Origin: Burkholderiales bacterium
Lineage (GTDB): Bacteria; Pseudomonadota; Gammaproteobacteria; Burkholderiales; JALYOK01
DNA length: 64,000 nt
Direction of reading: 5' to 3'
NCBI GenBank assembly: GCA_046598945.1
Contig: JBKJHT010000202.1
Coordinates: 5,222 to 69,221 of the forward strand
A program made the position numbers and the translations under genes. Each line of letters opens with the position of its first letter. Within the stretch, counting starts at the first letter, position 1. The notes below the pieces were generated by a model, which worked only from the letters and a program-made list of their open reading frames with translations, was not told the DNA's origin and did no database searches. Below are positions 47,648-56,351 of this stretch, in pieces.

Positions 47648-48076
47648 TTACTTGGTGACGGCGCCCTGATCGCTGACGCTGCCAAAACGCGAGTCGACCG
47701 CCTCGAAGCGCCAGCGCACTTCGAATTTCCCGGCGCTGCCTTGATTGCAGTGCACTTGCGCGCCGAGCTCGCTGGCATCGCGCATTTCGTTAATCACCAA
47801 TTCCGGGCCGACGGCGATGGGGCAATCCAATTCCAGGGAAAATCGCAGCGATTGCGCTTTCAACGGCTGAGTTTTCTCCGCATCGGCGTAGAGTTTGATT
47901 ATTCCCTTAGCGCGCCGGTGATTGCTCGACCATTCGCGGCTGACATCCCAATTCCACCATACGCCGCGACCTTCGGCGTCGGGCTGCTCGGCATTTCCAA
48001 GGCTGGCGACCCACAAAAGACTGGGTAAGAGGAAAAGACGGGCAACAGTCATCGATCGGTCGAACGCGTCGGTCAT
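47648..48076 (-). CDS. Hypothetical secreted protein
   Basis: Signal-like N-terminus (ARLFLLPSLLWVASLGNA). No family recognised. Located 45 nt upstream of glnS on the same strand. Confidence 0.45.
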   Translation of the reverse strand: MTDAFDRSMTVARLFLLPSLLWVASLGNAEQPDAEGRGVWWNWDVSREWSSNHRRAKGIIKLYADAEKTQPLKAQSLRFSLELDCPIAVGPELVINEMRDASELGAQVHCNQGSAGKFEVRWRFEAVDSRFGSVSDQGAVTK

Positions 48077-48168
48077 GCATTTGAAGGGTGACGTATTGTA
48101 GACCTTTGTGGCATGCTGGCGGTTGTGATTGAGGGCAACTGCCTTATAGACATGCCGCCAACGGATAT

Positions 48169-49461
48169 GTGACGATAAGAATCAACATGATCAAATCGAC
48201 AGACTTTTTCTTACTTGCGCCACGCAGTAAGGAAGAAGAGCCCATTTTCAATGAGTTGCTGGGTGAGCTGTATAAGCGCATTCCGGTCAACATCCTCGCG
48301 AGCCTGGTCGTGGGCCCCGTGCTGGCTTTCATCATGGCAAAAAGCGTATCAATGGGGCGCGTTTCAATCTGGGTACTGATCCTGATTGCGGCGCAGGCGC
48401 TCCCTTTCCTAATCACCTTTGCGTTTAACCGCCGCACCGATCTGTCCCAAGCCGGCGATAACAAGTGGCTGTATTTGCTTGGACTCACCGTCATTGTCGA
48501 TGGCATTGCCTGGGGCCTGGCCGGATACTTGTTTTATACCGAGGAATCCCTCCATTACCAAACGCTGCTGTGCATGTTTCTGATGGCCGGTGCGGCTGTC
48601 GCGACGATTACCTTTTCGTCCTGGCTGGTTGTTGCGCTGATCTATATTGTCGCCATCCTTGGGCCCGGCACTGCCCTGCTGCTCACTTCAACGTTAGACT
48701 TTTATCGCTTGCTCGGCCTGGCGGCCGTGGTTTTCGGCGCAATCCTATTTGGCTTAGCGGTGACCTCGAATCGGACCACTACGAGGATGCTGCGGCTTCG
48801 TTTCGACAACGAGCGGCTGGTGGTGAATTTGTCGCAGTCCCATGCCCAGTTAAGAGAATTAAACACGGATCTGCAGAAGAATAACAATGCGCTGCAACGG
48901 GCACTGGCGAAAATCAGCGAGATGGCGACGCGAGACGAGTTGACCGGCAGTCATAATCGGCGCCACTTAATGGAATTTCTGGCGCGGGAAAAGGCCCGTT
49001 GCGATCGCGCAGCGGCGGTGTTTTCCTTGGCCGTGATCGATCTGGATTACTTTAAACGCATTAACGATTCCTACGGCCACATTGCCGGCGACGATGTGCT
49101 CAAGCAAGTCGTGACGCTGATTCATCGCCATGTGCGCACGACAGACTGTTTCGCGCGTTTCGGCGGCGAAGAATTTGCCTTGGTCTATACCCTGACGGGG
49201 CTGGAGGAAGCGGTTCAAAGCGCCGAGCGAGTTCGCCACGAGATCAGTACCACCGCTATGGCGTGCGCGTCATTCACTATTTATACATCGGTGTCCATCG
49301 GCATCGCGGAATATCGGCCCGGCGAAAGCATTATCCAACTCCTGCACCGCGCCGATCAGGCGATGTATGTCGCCAAGAGCGGTGGACGGGATCGCGTCAT
49401 AGCCATGAGCCGCGATAAGCCGGATCAAGAAATGGGTGACCTCTCCATTCGCCTTTCCTAG
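48169..49461 (+). CDS. Membrane-bound diguanylate cyclase (GGDEF domain)
   Basis: Multi-TM N-terminal half, a coiled linker, and a GGDEF domain with active-site GGEEF. An RxxD I-site (RTTD) lies five residues upstream. Confidence 0.85.
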   Translation: MTIRINMIKSTDFFLLAPRSKEEEPIFNELLGELYKRIPVNILASLVVGPVLAFIMAKSVSMGRVSIWVLILIAAQALPFLITFAFNRRTDLSQAGDNKWLYLLGLTVIVDGIAWGLAGYLFYTEESLHYQTLLCMFLMAGAAVATITFSSWLVVALIYIVAILGPGTALLLTSTLDFYRLLGLAAVVFGAILFGLAVTSNRTTTRMLRLRFDNERLVVNLSQSHAQLRELNTDLQKNNNALQRALAKISEMATRDELTGSHNRRHLMEFLAREKARCDRAAAVFSLAVIDLDYFKRINDSYGHIAGDDVLKQVVTLIHRHVRTTDCFARFGGEEFALVYTLTGLEEAVQSAERVRHEISTTAMACASFTIYTSVSIGIAEYRPGESIIQLLHRADQAMYVAKSGGRDRVIAMSRDKPDQEMGDLSIRLS

Positions 49462-49618
49462 CTTTGCTCTGCAAGGCCTATGCCTGAAGAGCCGCTCTGG
49501 GCGGACGGCCTGGCAGGCCGCCTGAGTTGTCGTATCTATTAAGATTTCCGCATGGCTTTAACCCCGTAACCAAATTTCCGCGTTTACAGCGTTGTCCTAA
49601 TCACAAAAAAGGCACGCC

Positions 49619-50401
49619 ATGAAACGTTATTTGTTCGCCACTTCGATACTTCTTGCTTGCGCGCATTCCTGGGCGCTGGGAGATCTGGCCGAACTTTCGG
49701 TTTACGATCGCAACCAGGGACGCAACTTACCCATCTACCAACATGAAGGCCGCTATTACGTCGTCGGCAAACCGGGCAATCGCTATCAAATAGTCCTGCG
49801 TAACCGATCCGGCCAAGATTTATTGGCCGTCACATCCGTCGATGGTGTGAATGTGGTTTCCGGTGAAACCGCCACCTGGCAGCAGAGCGGCTACGTTTTG
49901 GATGCGTATCGTCAAACCGACATTAAAGGCTGGCGCAAGACGTCGTCCGACGTGGCGCAGTTTTACTTTACCGCACTGCCCAATTCCTATGCTGCGCGCA
50001 CCGGCCGCCCTGACAATGTCGGTGTGATCGGCGTGGCATTGTTTCGTCCGCGGATCGAGGTGCCGCAGCTCTATCTAGACGACGGCGAACTCAGCGAACG
50101 CGATGAGCGAAGCGCGGACAAATCCGCGGCGCAAAACCCGTCCGCGCCGAGTTTGGGCAGCGCTGGCGCGGCCCCGCGCGCAAAGGCGGAAAACAAACTC
50201 GGCACCGGCCACGGGCAAAAAGAAACCTCGCCCACACGCCACGTCGATTTCGAACGGGCGTCCGATTCGCCGGACGAAGTCATCACGATTTACTACGACA
50301 GCTCTCGCAACTTGCTGGCGCATGGCGTGATTGCGCGCCATCGCACGGCGCAAGTGCCCGACGCATTCCCGGGCCAGTTCGCGCCGGATCCCAACGAATA
50401 A
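49619..50401 (+). CDS. Hypothetical secreted protein
   Basis: Signal peptide (LLACAHSWA). It has a structured N-terminal domain, an acidic/Ala-rich low-complexity linker and a short C-terminal domain. It ends 3 nt before the vWA gene. Confidence 0.55.
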   Translation: MKRYLFATSILLACAHSWALGDLAELSVYDRNQGRNLPIYQHEGRYYVVGKPGNRYQIVLRNRSGQDLLAVTSVDGVNVVSGETATWQQSGYVLDAYRQTDIKGWRKTSSDVAQFYFTALPNSYAARTGRPDNVGVIGVALFRPRIEVPQLYLDDGELSERDERSADKSAAQNPSAPSLGSAGAAPRAKAENKLGTGHGQKETSPTRHVDFERASDSPDEVITIYYDSSRNLLAHGVIARHRTAQVPDAFPGQFAPDPNE

Positions 50402-50404
50402 TTT

Positions 50405-52207
50405 ATGGAGAACAGCATGATCAATCGACTACTGAGTTATTTTCTCGCCCTCATCGCCTTGCTCGTTTCCATAGTGGCCTGTACCAGCGGCAATCACCAA
50501 TCCGCATCCGGAGATGAGACCGAGCACCCGGGCAATGCCCGTTCGCCGCTCGAGCAAGATGAGAGCGCGCAAAAGCGCGACGATATGCTCGATGGCAATG
50601 AAGTAAAACAAGCTCCGGCGACGGTTGCGGCTCCAGCTCCCGAGGCGCGGCCGTCAATCGGAACGCAGGAAATCCACAAGTCGTTGGCGCGCAGTGCGAA
50701 TGGCGCAATGTTGGCCGATATGGGCGGCGCCGAGCCGGCGTTGCTTGCTAACGAAAAATACGCGCGCCTGGATCAGAGCGGCATTGTGCAAGTTGCGGAA
50801 CATCCCGTTTCTACCTTCAGTATCGACGTCGACAGCGGCGCCTATGCCAACGTGCGGCGCATGCTCAAGGCTGGGCAGTTACCGCGACAGGACGCAGTGC
50901 GCATCGAGGAAATGATCAATTATTTCGGTTACGATTACCCGTTGCCGCAAGACGAAAATGTGCCGTTCAGCGTGACCACGGAAATGGCGCCCGCGCCGTG
51001 GAACCGGCATACCCATCTGCTGCAAATCGGTATTAAAGGCCAGGATATCTCGAGGCAAATGTTGCCGCCCGCGAATCTGGTGTTTTTGATCGATGTGTCC
51101 GGTTCCATGGGCGATGCCAATCGTTTACCGCTGCTGCAATCGGCATTGAAATTATTGACCGAGCAATTGCGCGAGCAGGATCGCGTGGCCATCGTGGTTT
51201 ACGCCGGCGCCTCCGGCGTGGTGTTGCCGCCGACCAACGATAAAGGAAAAATTCTTGCGGCGTTGAATCGCCTGCAAGCTGGCGGCTCCACCAACGGCGC
51301 GGCCGGGATCGAGTTGGCCTACGCAGTGGCGAGGCAATCGCACATTCCGCGCGGCATTAATCGCGTGTTGCTGGCGACCGACGGTGATTTCAATTTCGGT
51401 ACGATAAATTTCGACGCGCTGAAATCTTTGATCGAAGAAAAGCGTAAGAGTGGCATATCCCTCACCACGCTGGGCTTCGGCATGGGTAGCTACGCCGGTG
51501 GGCGCAATTACAACGATCGACTGATGGAACAACTGGCGGATGCCGGCAACGGTAATTACGCCTTCATCGACACGTTGAACGAAGCGCAAAAAGTGTTGGT
51601 CGACGAAATGAGTTCAACGCTCGCCACCATTGCCAAGGATGTCAAAATCCAGATCGAGTTCAATCCTGAAGTTGTTGCCGAATACCGTTTGATCGGTTAC
51701 GAAAATCGCGCGCTCAAGCGTGAGGACTTCAACAACGACAACATCGATGCCGGCGAAATCGGCGCCGGGCACAGCGTTACGGCACTCTATGAAATTGCCC
51801 TAACAGGTAGTAAGGGCGCGCTTCTTCAGCCATTCCGCTATCAATCTAAAGCACCGGAAAGTAAGACCACAAGCGGCGAAATTGCGCATTTGCGTTTGCG
51901 CTACAAGGCGCCGGAAGGCAGCGAAAGTAAGTTGCTCGTATGGCCGTTGCAACGCGCGGCTATTAAAAGCGATTTCGCCCAGGCCTCGGAGCGCATGCGT
52001 TTCGCTGCGGCGGTGGCGTGCTTCGGCCAGTTGTTGAAGGGTGGCCAATACACCGGAAAATTCAGTTTCGGCGATATCGCGAAGCTGGCGCACGGCGCGC
52101 GCGGCGAGGATCGCTTCGGTTATCGAGGCGAGTTCTTGAGCTTGGTCAAGCTGGCTCAATCCTTGGGCGAATCCGCGCCGCGGCCCAAGCATCTCTCGCA
52201 ACAATAA
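50405..52207 (+). CDS. von Willebrand factor type A domain lipoprotein (YfbK-like)
   Basis: Lipobox LVSIVAC. vWA MIDAS motif LIDVSGSMG...ATDGDFNFG. C-terminal region resembling the DUF3520 extension of YfbK-type proteins. Confidence 0.8.
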   Translation: MENSMINRLLSYFLALIALLVSIVACTSGNHQSASGDETEHPGNARSPLEQDESAQKRDDMLDGNEVKQAPATVAAPAPEARPSIGTQEIHKSLARSANGAMLADMGGAEPALLANEKYARLDQSGIVQVAEHPVSTFSIDVDSGAYANVRRMLKAGQLPRQDAVRIEEMINYFGYDYPLPQDENVPFSVTTEMAPAPWNRHTHLLQIGIKGQDISRQMLPPANLVFLIDVSGSMGDANRLPLLQSALKLLTEQLREQDRVAIVVYAGASGVVLPPTNDKGKILAALNRLQAGGSTNGAAGIELAYAVARQSHIPRGINRVLLATDGDFNFGTINFDALKSLIEEKRKSGISLTTLGFGMGSYAGGRNYNDRLMEQLADAGNGNYAFIDTLNEAQKVLVDEMSSTLATIAKDVKIQIEFNPEVVAEYRLIGYENRALKREDFNNDNIDAGEIGAGHSVTALYEIALTGSKGALLQPFRYQSKAPESKTTSGEIAHLRLRYKAPEGSESKLLVWPLQRAAIKSDFAQASERMRFAAAVACFGQLLKGGQYTGKFSFGDIAKLAHGARGEDRFGYRGEFLSLVKLAQSLGESAPRPKHLSQQ

Positions 52208-52219
52208 ATGACGTAGAAT

Positions 52220-52798
52220 GTGGGGGCGATGGACGGCCCTCACACCTATCAACGATTAGCGGACGAAGCCTTGATGTTGCGTTATCGCGACGGCGAGTTG
52301 CCTGCATTCGAGCCGCTCTACCAGCGCCACAAGGGCGGGGTGTATCGCTATTTGCTGCGCGGTTGTGGCAGCCATTCCTTGGCCGATGAATTATTCCAAG
52401 ACGTGTGGTTGTCGCTGGTCAAGGCGCGCGAGCGCTACACGCCGAGCGCGAAATTCGCCACCTATCTTTATCGCATCGCGCACAATCGCCTGATCGATTA
52501 TTACCGCCAGCATGGCATACAGATTGAATCGCCGCTGCCCGAGGACGACGAGGGTGATGCTTGGCATGGCGCGACGTCCGACGGCCCGGAGCAAATCGTC
52601 GCGGCGCGCCAGCAGGTGGTGAAAGTGTTGGACGTGATCGAGAATTTGCCGATCGAGCAACGGGAAGCGTTGCTGTTATTCGAGGAAGGCGGCTTGAGCG
52701 TGGACGAAATTGCCGAGGCGACCGCAGTGAATAAAGAAACAGCGAAAAGCCGCTTGCGCTATGCCTTCAACAAGTTGCGCCGAGCGCTGGAGGGCTGA
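52220..52798 (+). CDS. ECF-type RNA polymerase sigma-70 family factor
   Basis: Region 2 (FEPLYQRHKGGVYRYLLR...DVWLSLV...YLYRIAHNRLIDYYR) and region 4 (LPIEQREALLLFEEGGLSVDEIAEATAVNKETAKSRLRYA). The exact start (GTG 52220 or ATG 52229) is uncertain. Confidence 0.85.
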   Translation: MGAMDGPHTYQRLADEALMLRYRDGELPAFEPLYQRHKGGVYRYLLRGCGSHSLADELFQDVWLSLVKARERYTPSAKFATYLYRIAHNRLIDYYRQHGIQIESPLPEDDEGDAWHGATSDGPEQIVAARQQVVKVLDVIENLPIEQREALLLFEEGGLSVDEIAEATAVNKETAKSRLRYAFNKLRRALEG

Positions 52799-52800
52799 CC

Positions 52801-53910
52801 ATGAGTAAGCAAGATTTCGAGGTCTATCTCGCGCGCGGTTCGAACCTGTCGCAACGTTATCGCGACGAAGCCACGGAAAAGCCGAGCCAAGCGCTTGATT
52901 CGACTATTCTCACCGCGTCGCGCCGCACGCCGGTATCCACCGCGATCGCCGAGCCGCGATCGTGGTTCAAGCGTTGGCGCGTCCCGCTGTCCATCGCCGC
53001 CGTGATGCTGCTTAGCGTAGGCGTGACGCTGCGCACGGTGATGGAGGAAGCGAAGCTTTCGGTGCCGTCATCAGGCGTGGCGTTGCCGCAACCGGCCAGT
53101 ACACCCGCGACCGCGCCCGCTAATCCGGTCGAGAATAAAGGTGCGTCGGAACCCGCTGCGGATGCCGTAACCGGCGGTGCGGCGAGTTCTTCCTCGGCGC
53201 AAACGCCGCCGCTCTCGGCCGATAAAAAAAGCGCGGAATCGGCAAGCGTCGAAGAACGTTCTGCGCCACCGAGTGCGGCGCACGATAACGCGACCGCTGA
53301 AGTGCCATTGCCTGCACCCGATGGCCCGCGACCAGGGGCTGGCTTGGGGTTGCCCGGTAGCAGCGCGCCACCTACGCACGATGCCTTGAAGAGCCAATGG
53401 CCCAAGGCCACCCAGGCGCAGAGCGGCTCTACAGGCAAAGACTTAAGTAAAGGGGCGTCGGCGGCGATTCCTGAGCGCGACGATGCAGCGGCTGAATCGC
53501 CCGTCGAGTCGGCAAAGCGCGATGGCGAATCCTTAGCGCGGCCCCGCGAGCAGGCGATTCCAAATGACGCTGAATCCGAGGTGCGCCCCGCACCGTCGGC
53601 ATCCGAAGCGGCGCCGCCCGCGCTGCCGCAAGCATTTCCCATGGATGGTCCACGTTTACCGGAAAGCCATCGTCCGATCGTCGATGGCAAAACCTATCGT
53701 GCCGAGAAAAATAAGGCACTGCGCGAGGCCGCCGAGAAAAAAGACAGTACTGCCGCGGCCGCGATTGTGGACAAGGTTGAAGAGGCGCCGGAAGCCTGGC
53801 TACGCCGCGTGGCGGAGTTGCGGCGGCTGGGCCGTATCGACGAGGCGAATGCGGAATTGGCGCGTTTTCGTACACGCTATCCAGACTATCCGGCGCCGGT
53901 TGAACCCTAA
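52801..53910 (+). CDS. Putative anti-sigma factor: single TM helix, long Ala/Pro/Ser-rich periplasmic region, TPR-like C-terminus
   Basis: Starts 2 nt after the sigma gene. TM helix VPLSIAAVMLLSVGVTL. The call rests on position and architecture only; no zf-HC2 motif was seen. Confidence 0.5.
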   Translation: MSKQDFEVYLARGSNLSQRYRDEATEKPSQALDSTILTASRRTPVSTAIAEPRSWFKRWRVPLSIAAVMLLSVGVTLRTVMEEAKLSVPSSGVALPQPASTPATAPANPVENKGASEPAADAVTGGAASSSSAQTPPLSADKKSAESASVEERSAPPSAAHDNATAEVPLPAPDGPRPGAGLGLPGSSAPPTHDALKSQWPKATQAQSGSTGKDLSKGASAAIPERDDAAAESPVESAKRDGESLARPREQAIPNDAESEVRPAPSASEAAPPALPQAFPMDGPRLPESHRPIVDGKTYRAEKNKALREAAEKKDSTAAAAIVDKVEEAPEAWLRRVAELRRLGRIDEANAELARFRTRYPDYPAPVEP

Positions 53911-53935
53911 TTTTTTAACAACACGTAATAACAAT

Positions 53936-54682
53936 ATGGCCTTCGGCGCACTCATTATTGGTGATGAAATTCTCAGCGGCAAACGACAGGACAAACACTT
54001 CGTCAAAGTGATCGACATCCTCAAGCAGCGCGGTTTGGAGTTGGCCTGGTGCGAGTATTTAGGCGACGATCCGCAACGTATCACCAGTGTGCTCAAGCGC
54101 ACATTTGGCGGTGATGACGTGGTGTTCAGTTTCGGGGGCATCGGCGCCACCCCGGACGATCACACCCGGCAGTGCGCTGCAACAGCGCTGGGCGTGCCGA
54201 TCGCGCGCCATCCCGAGGCGATGAAGGATATCGTCGAGCGTTTCGGCGACGCCGCGTTTCCCCATCGGGTGAAGATGGCGGAGTTTCCGCAAGGTGCGGC
54301 GCTGGTGCCGAATCCGTTCAATCGCATCGCCGGATTCAATGTCGGTAAGCACTATTTCTTGCCGGGATTCCCCGAGATGGCGTGGCCGATGATGGAATGG
54401 GCGCTCGACACCCACTACGCGCATTTATTCAATGCCGCGCCGCCGGTCGAGGAAGTTATCATTACCGAAGGCGCCGGCGAGGGCGATTTGATCGAGGCGA
54501 TGAATGACATCGTGACGCGTTATCCCGATCTGAAGTTATCCAGTTTGCCGAAATTAGTCGTCGACAATCGGCGTATCATCGAGCTTGGTATCAAGGGCAA
54601 TCCAATCCGTGTCGCCGAGGCCATGGCCCGCATGAAACAAACGGTCACCCAACTGGGCTACCAATACACGGAAAAACGTTAA
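53936..54682 (+). CDS. CinA-like molybdopterin-binding (MoCF_biosynth) domain protein
   Basis: The start is moved to ATG 53936 (MAFGALIIGDEILSGKRQDKH), since the ORF-track start lies inside the previous gene. Motif FGGIGATPDDHTR. Confidence 0.75.
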   Translation: MAFGALIIGDEILSGKRQDKHFVKVIDILKQRGLELAWCEYLGDDPQRITSVLKRTFGGDDVVFSFGGIGATPDDHTRQCAATALGVPIARHPEAMKDIVERFGDAAFPHRVKMAEFPQGAALVPNPFNRIAGFNVGKHYFLPGFPEMAWPMMEWALDTHYAHLFNAAPPVEEVIITEGAGEGDLIEAMNDIVTRYPDLKLSSLPKLVVDNRRIIELGIKGNPIRVAEAMARMKQTVTQLGYQYTEKR

Positions 54683-54798
54683 CATTTGATACTGCGGCTT
54701 GCGTCCCTTGAGCGGAATAATTGCGAAAGCAAATAATGGCGGCGTATCCCGTTAAGCGTGCGCATTTGTTCAATCAATCTTGTGACAGGGGGAGTTAA

Positions 54799-55203
54799 AT
54801 GGCAAGTATTTTGGATATTGAAGGAGTCGGCGAAAACTACGCGGACAAACTCAAAGCAATTGGCATCGCCTCAACCGATGCGTTGTTGGAGAAAGGGTGT
54901 ACTGCCAAAGGCCGTGCTGAAATCACCGAAAAATCTGCTATTGGCGCAAAGTTGATTTTGCGCTGGGTCAATCATTCGGATTTGTTTCGCATCAAAGGTG
55001 TCGCTGGGCAGTATGCCGAACTTTTGGAAGCAGCCGGGGTCGATACGGTGGTGGCGTTGTCCAAGCGCAAGGCGGACAATCTGTACCAAGCAATGGCGAA
55101 GTGCAATGTGGAAAAGAAAGTGGTTCGCGCGCCGCCATCTCAGGATAAAGTGACCGACTGGGTCACGCAAGCCAAGGCGTTACCGCGTAAAGTGCAATAT
55201 TAG
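54799..55203 (+). CDS. DUF4332 (helix-hairpin-helix) domain protein
   Basis: ILDIEGVGENYADKLKAIGI and LFRIKGVAGQYAELLEAAGVDTV are tandem HhH-like units. Confidence 0.65.
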   Translation: MASILDIEGVGENYADKLKAIGIASTDALLEKGCTAKGRAEITEKSAIGAKLILRWVNHSDLFRIKGVAGQYAELLEAAGVDTVVALSKRKADNLYQAMAKCNVEKKVVRAPPSQDKVTDWVTQAKALPRKVQY

Positions 55204-55242
55204 TTTGGGGCCAGTTGGCCTGCTGCGTAATATAGGAGACGA

Positions 55243-55659
55243 ATGGTGGGACTACTGGAGGGCGTGTTGGGCTCGGTTTTAGGCAAAGTGATGGGCGGCG
55301 GTCAGCAGGGCAATGCGCTGATGGACATGGCGATGGGTTTATTGAACAACCCGCAATCCGGCGGCTTGAGCGGTCTGCTCGAGAAATTCAAGGCATCGGG
55401 CTTGGGTGACCAGGCGGCGTCTTGGGTTGGCACGGGGGAAAACGCGCCCGTGTCCGGCGATCAAATCCACAATGCGCTGGGCGGTGATTTCATCAACCAG
55501 ATCGCCAGCAAATTGGGTGTCGACGCGAGTCAGGCGTCCGGTGGACTGGCGCAACTGTTGCCGACGTTGATCGACAAGCTGACACCGAATGGCGCGGTGC
55601 CGGCCGACGGCGATCAACTGGCGCAAGGCCTGGCGGGCCTAAGAAAATTGTTGGGCTGA
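55243..55659 (+). CDS. YidB-family (DUF937) protein
   Basis: GGLSGLLEKFKASGLGDQAASWVGTGENAPVSGDQI...LSQLLPTLIDKLTPNG is a pattern typical of YidB. Confidence 0.7.
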   Translation: MVGLLEGVLGSVLGKVMGGGQQGNALMDMAMGLLNNPQSGGLSGLLEKFKASGLGDQAASWVGTGENAPVSGDQIHNALGGDFINQIASKLGVDASQASGGLAQLLPTLIDKLTPNGAVPADGDQLAQGLAGLRKLLG

Positions 55660-55687
55660 AGCTATGAGCTGCAACAAGGTGATTCGA

Positions 55688-55724
55688 AAAGCCGGAAGCG
55701 AATCCTTCCGGCTTTTTCTTTTTT
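55688..55724 (+). terminator. Intrinsic terminator
   Basis: AAAGCCGGAAG-CGAATC-CTTCCGGCTTT followed by TTCTTTTTT. Confidence 0.8.
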
Positions 55725-55733
55725 GAAGGAGTA

Positions 55734-56324
55734 ATGGTCAAGATGAAACGCGTGTCCCAATTCATGATTGGCGTGGTGGTCGGATGCAGTGCGCTGGCGG
55801 CAGAGCAATCGGCGGCGGCGGATGATCCGCTCTGGAGTCAGCTCAAAAAGGGCGGCTATGTGATATTGATGCGTAACTCAGCCGTCGATGAAGGGCTCGG
55901 CGATCCGAAAGGTTACAAAGTCAACGATTGCGCTACGCAACTGAATTTGACCGACAAAGGTCGCGCCGAGGCGAAGAAAATCGGCGACGAATTTAAGAAA
56001 CGTAAAATCCCAATCAAACAAGTGTTCACCAGCGCGTTTTGTCGCACCAAAGAAACCGCCCAATTGGCGTTCGGCAAAGCGGATGTGTGGGAAGCGCTGA
56101 ATTCGTTCTACGACAAGCCGGAGCGCAAGTCGGAGCAAACACGCTTGTTGCATCAGCGCCTGGAAAGCTCGCCGACCGACGGCACCAATTTGGTCTTGGT
56201 GACGCACGGCTACAACATTGTATCGGCGGTCGGACTGAACCCCGATCCCGGCGATATGTTAATCATTGCCCCGGCATTCAGAGTGGGTTACAAAATCGTC
56301 GGCGAGTTGTCGGCGAAAAAATAA
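55734..56324 (+). CDS. Secreted histidine-phosphatase-superfamily protein with Asn in place of the RHG histidine
   Basis: Signal peptide. GGYVILMRNSAVDEGLGDP...DCATQLNLTDKGRAEA...LVLVTHGYNI resembles the secreted branch-1 histidine phosphatases, but reads R-N-S where R-H-A/G is expected. Confidence 0.6.
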   Translation: MVKMKRVSQFMIGVVVGCSALAAEQSAAADDPLWSQLKKGGYVILMRNSAVDEGLGDPKGYKVNDCATQLNLTDKGRAEAKKIGDEFKKRKIPIKQVFTSAFCRTKETAQLAFGKADVWEALNSFYDKPERKSEQTRLLHQRLESSPTDGTNLVLVTHGYNIVSAVGLNPDPGDMLIIAPAFRVGYKIVGELSAKK

Positions 56325-56351
56325 TCGCGCTATCCGCCTCTACCGGAATGT

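Noticed and set aside
52857-53690. 277-aa minus-strand ORF
   Set aside because: It is antisense to the Ala/Pro/Ser-rich low-complexity region of the anti-sigma candidate. Such regions stay open in several frames.
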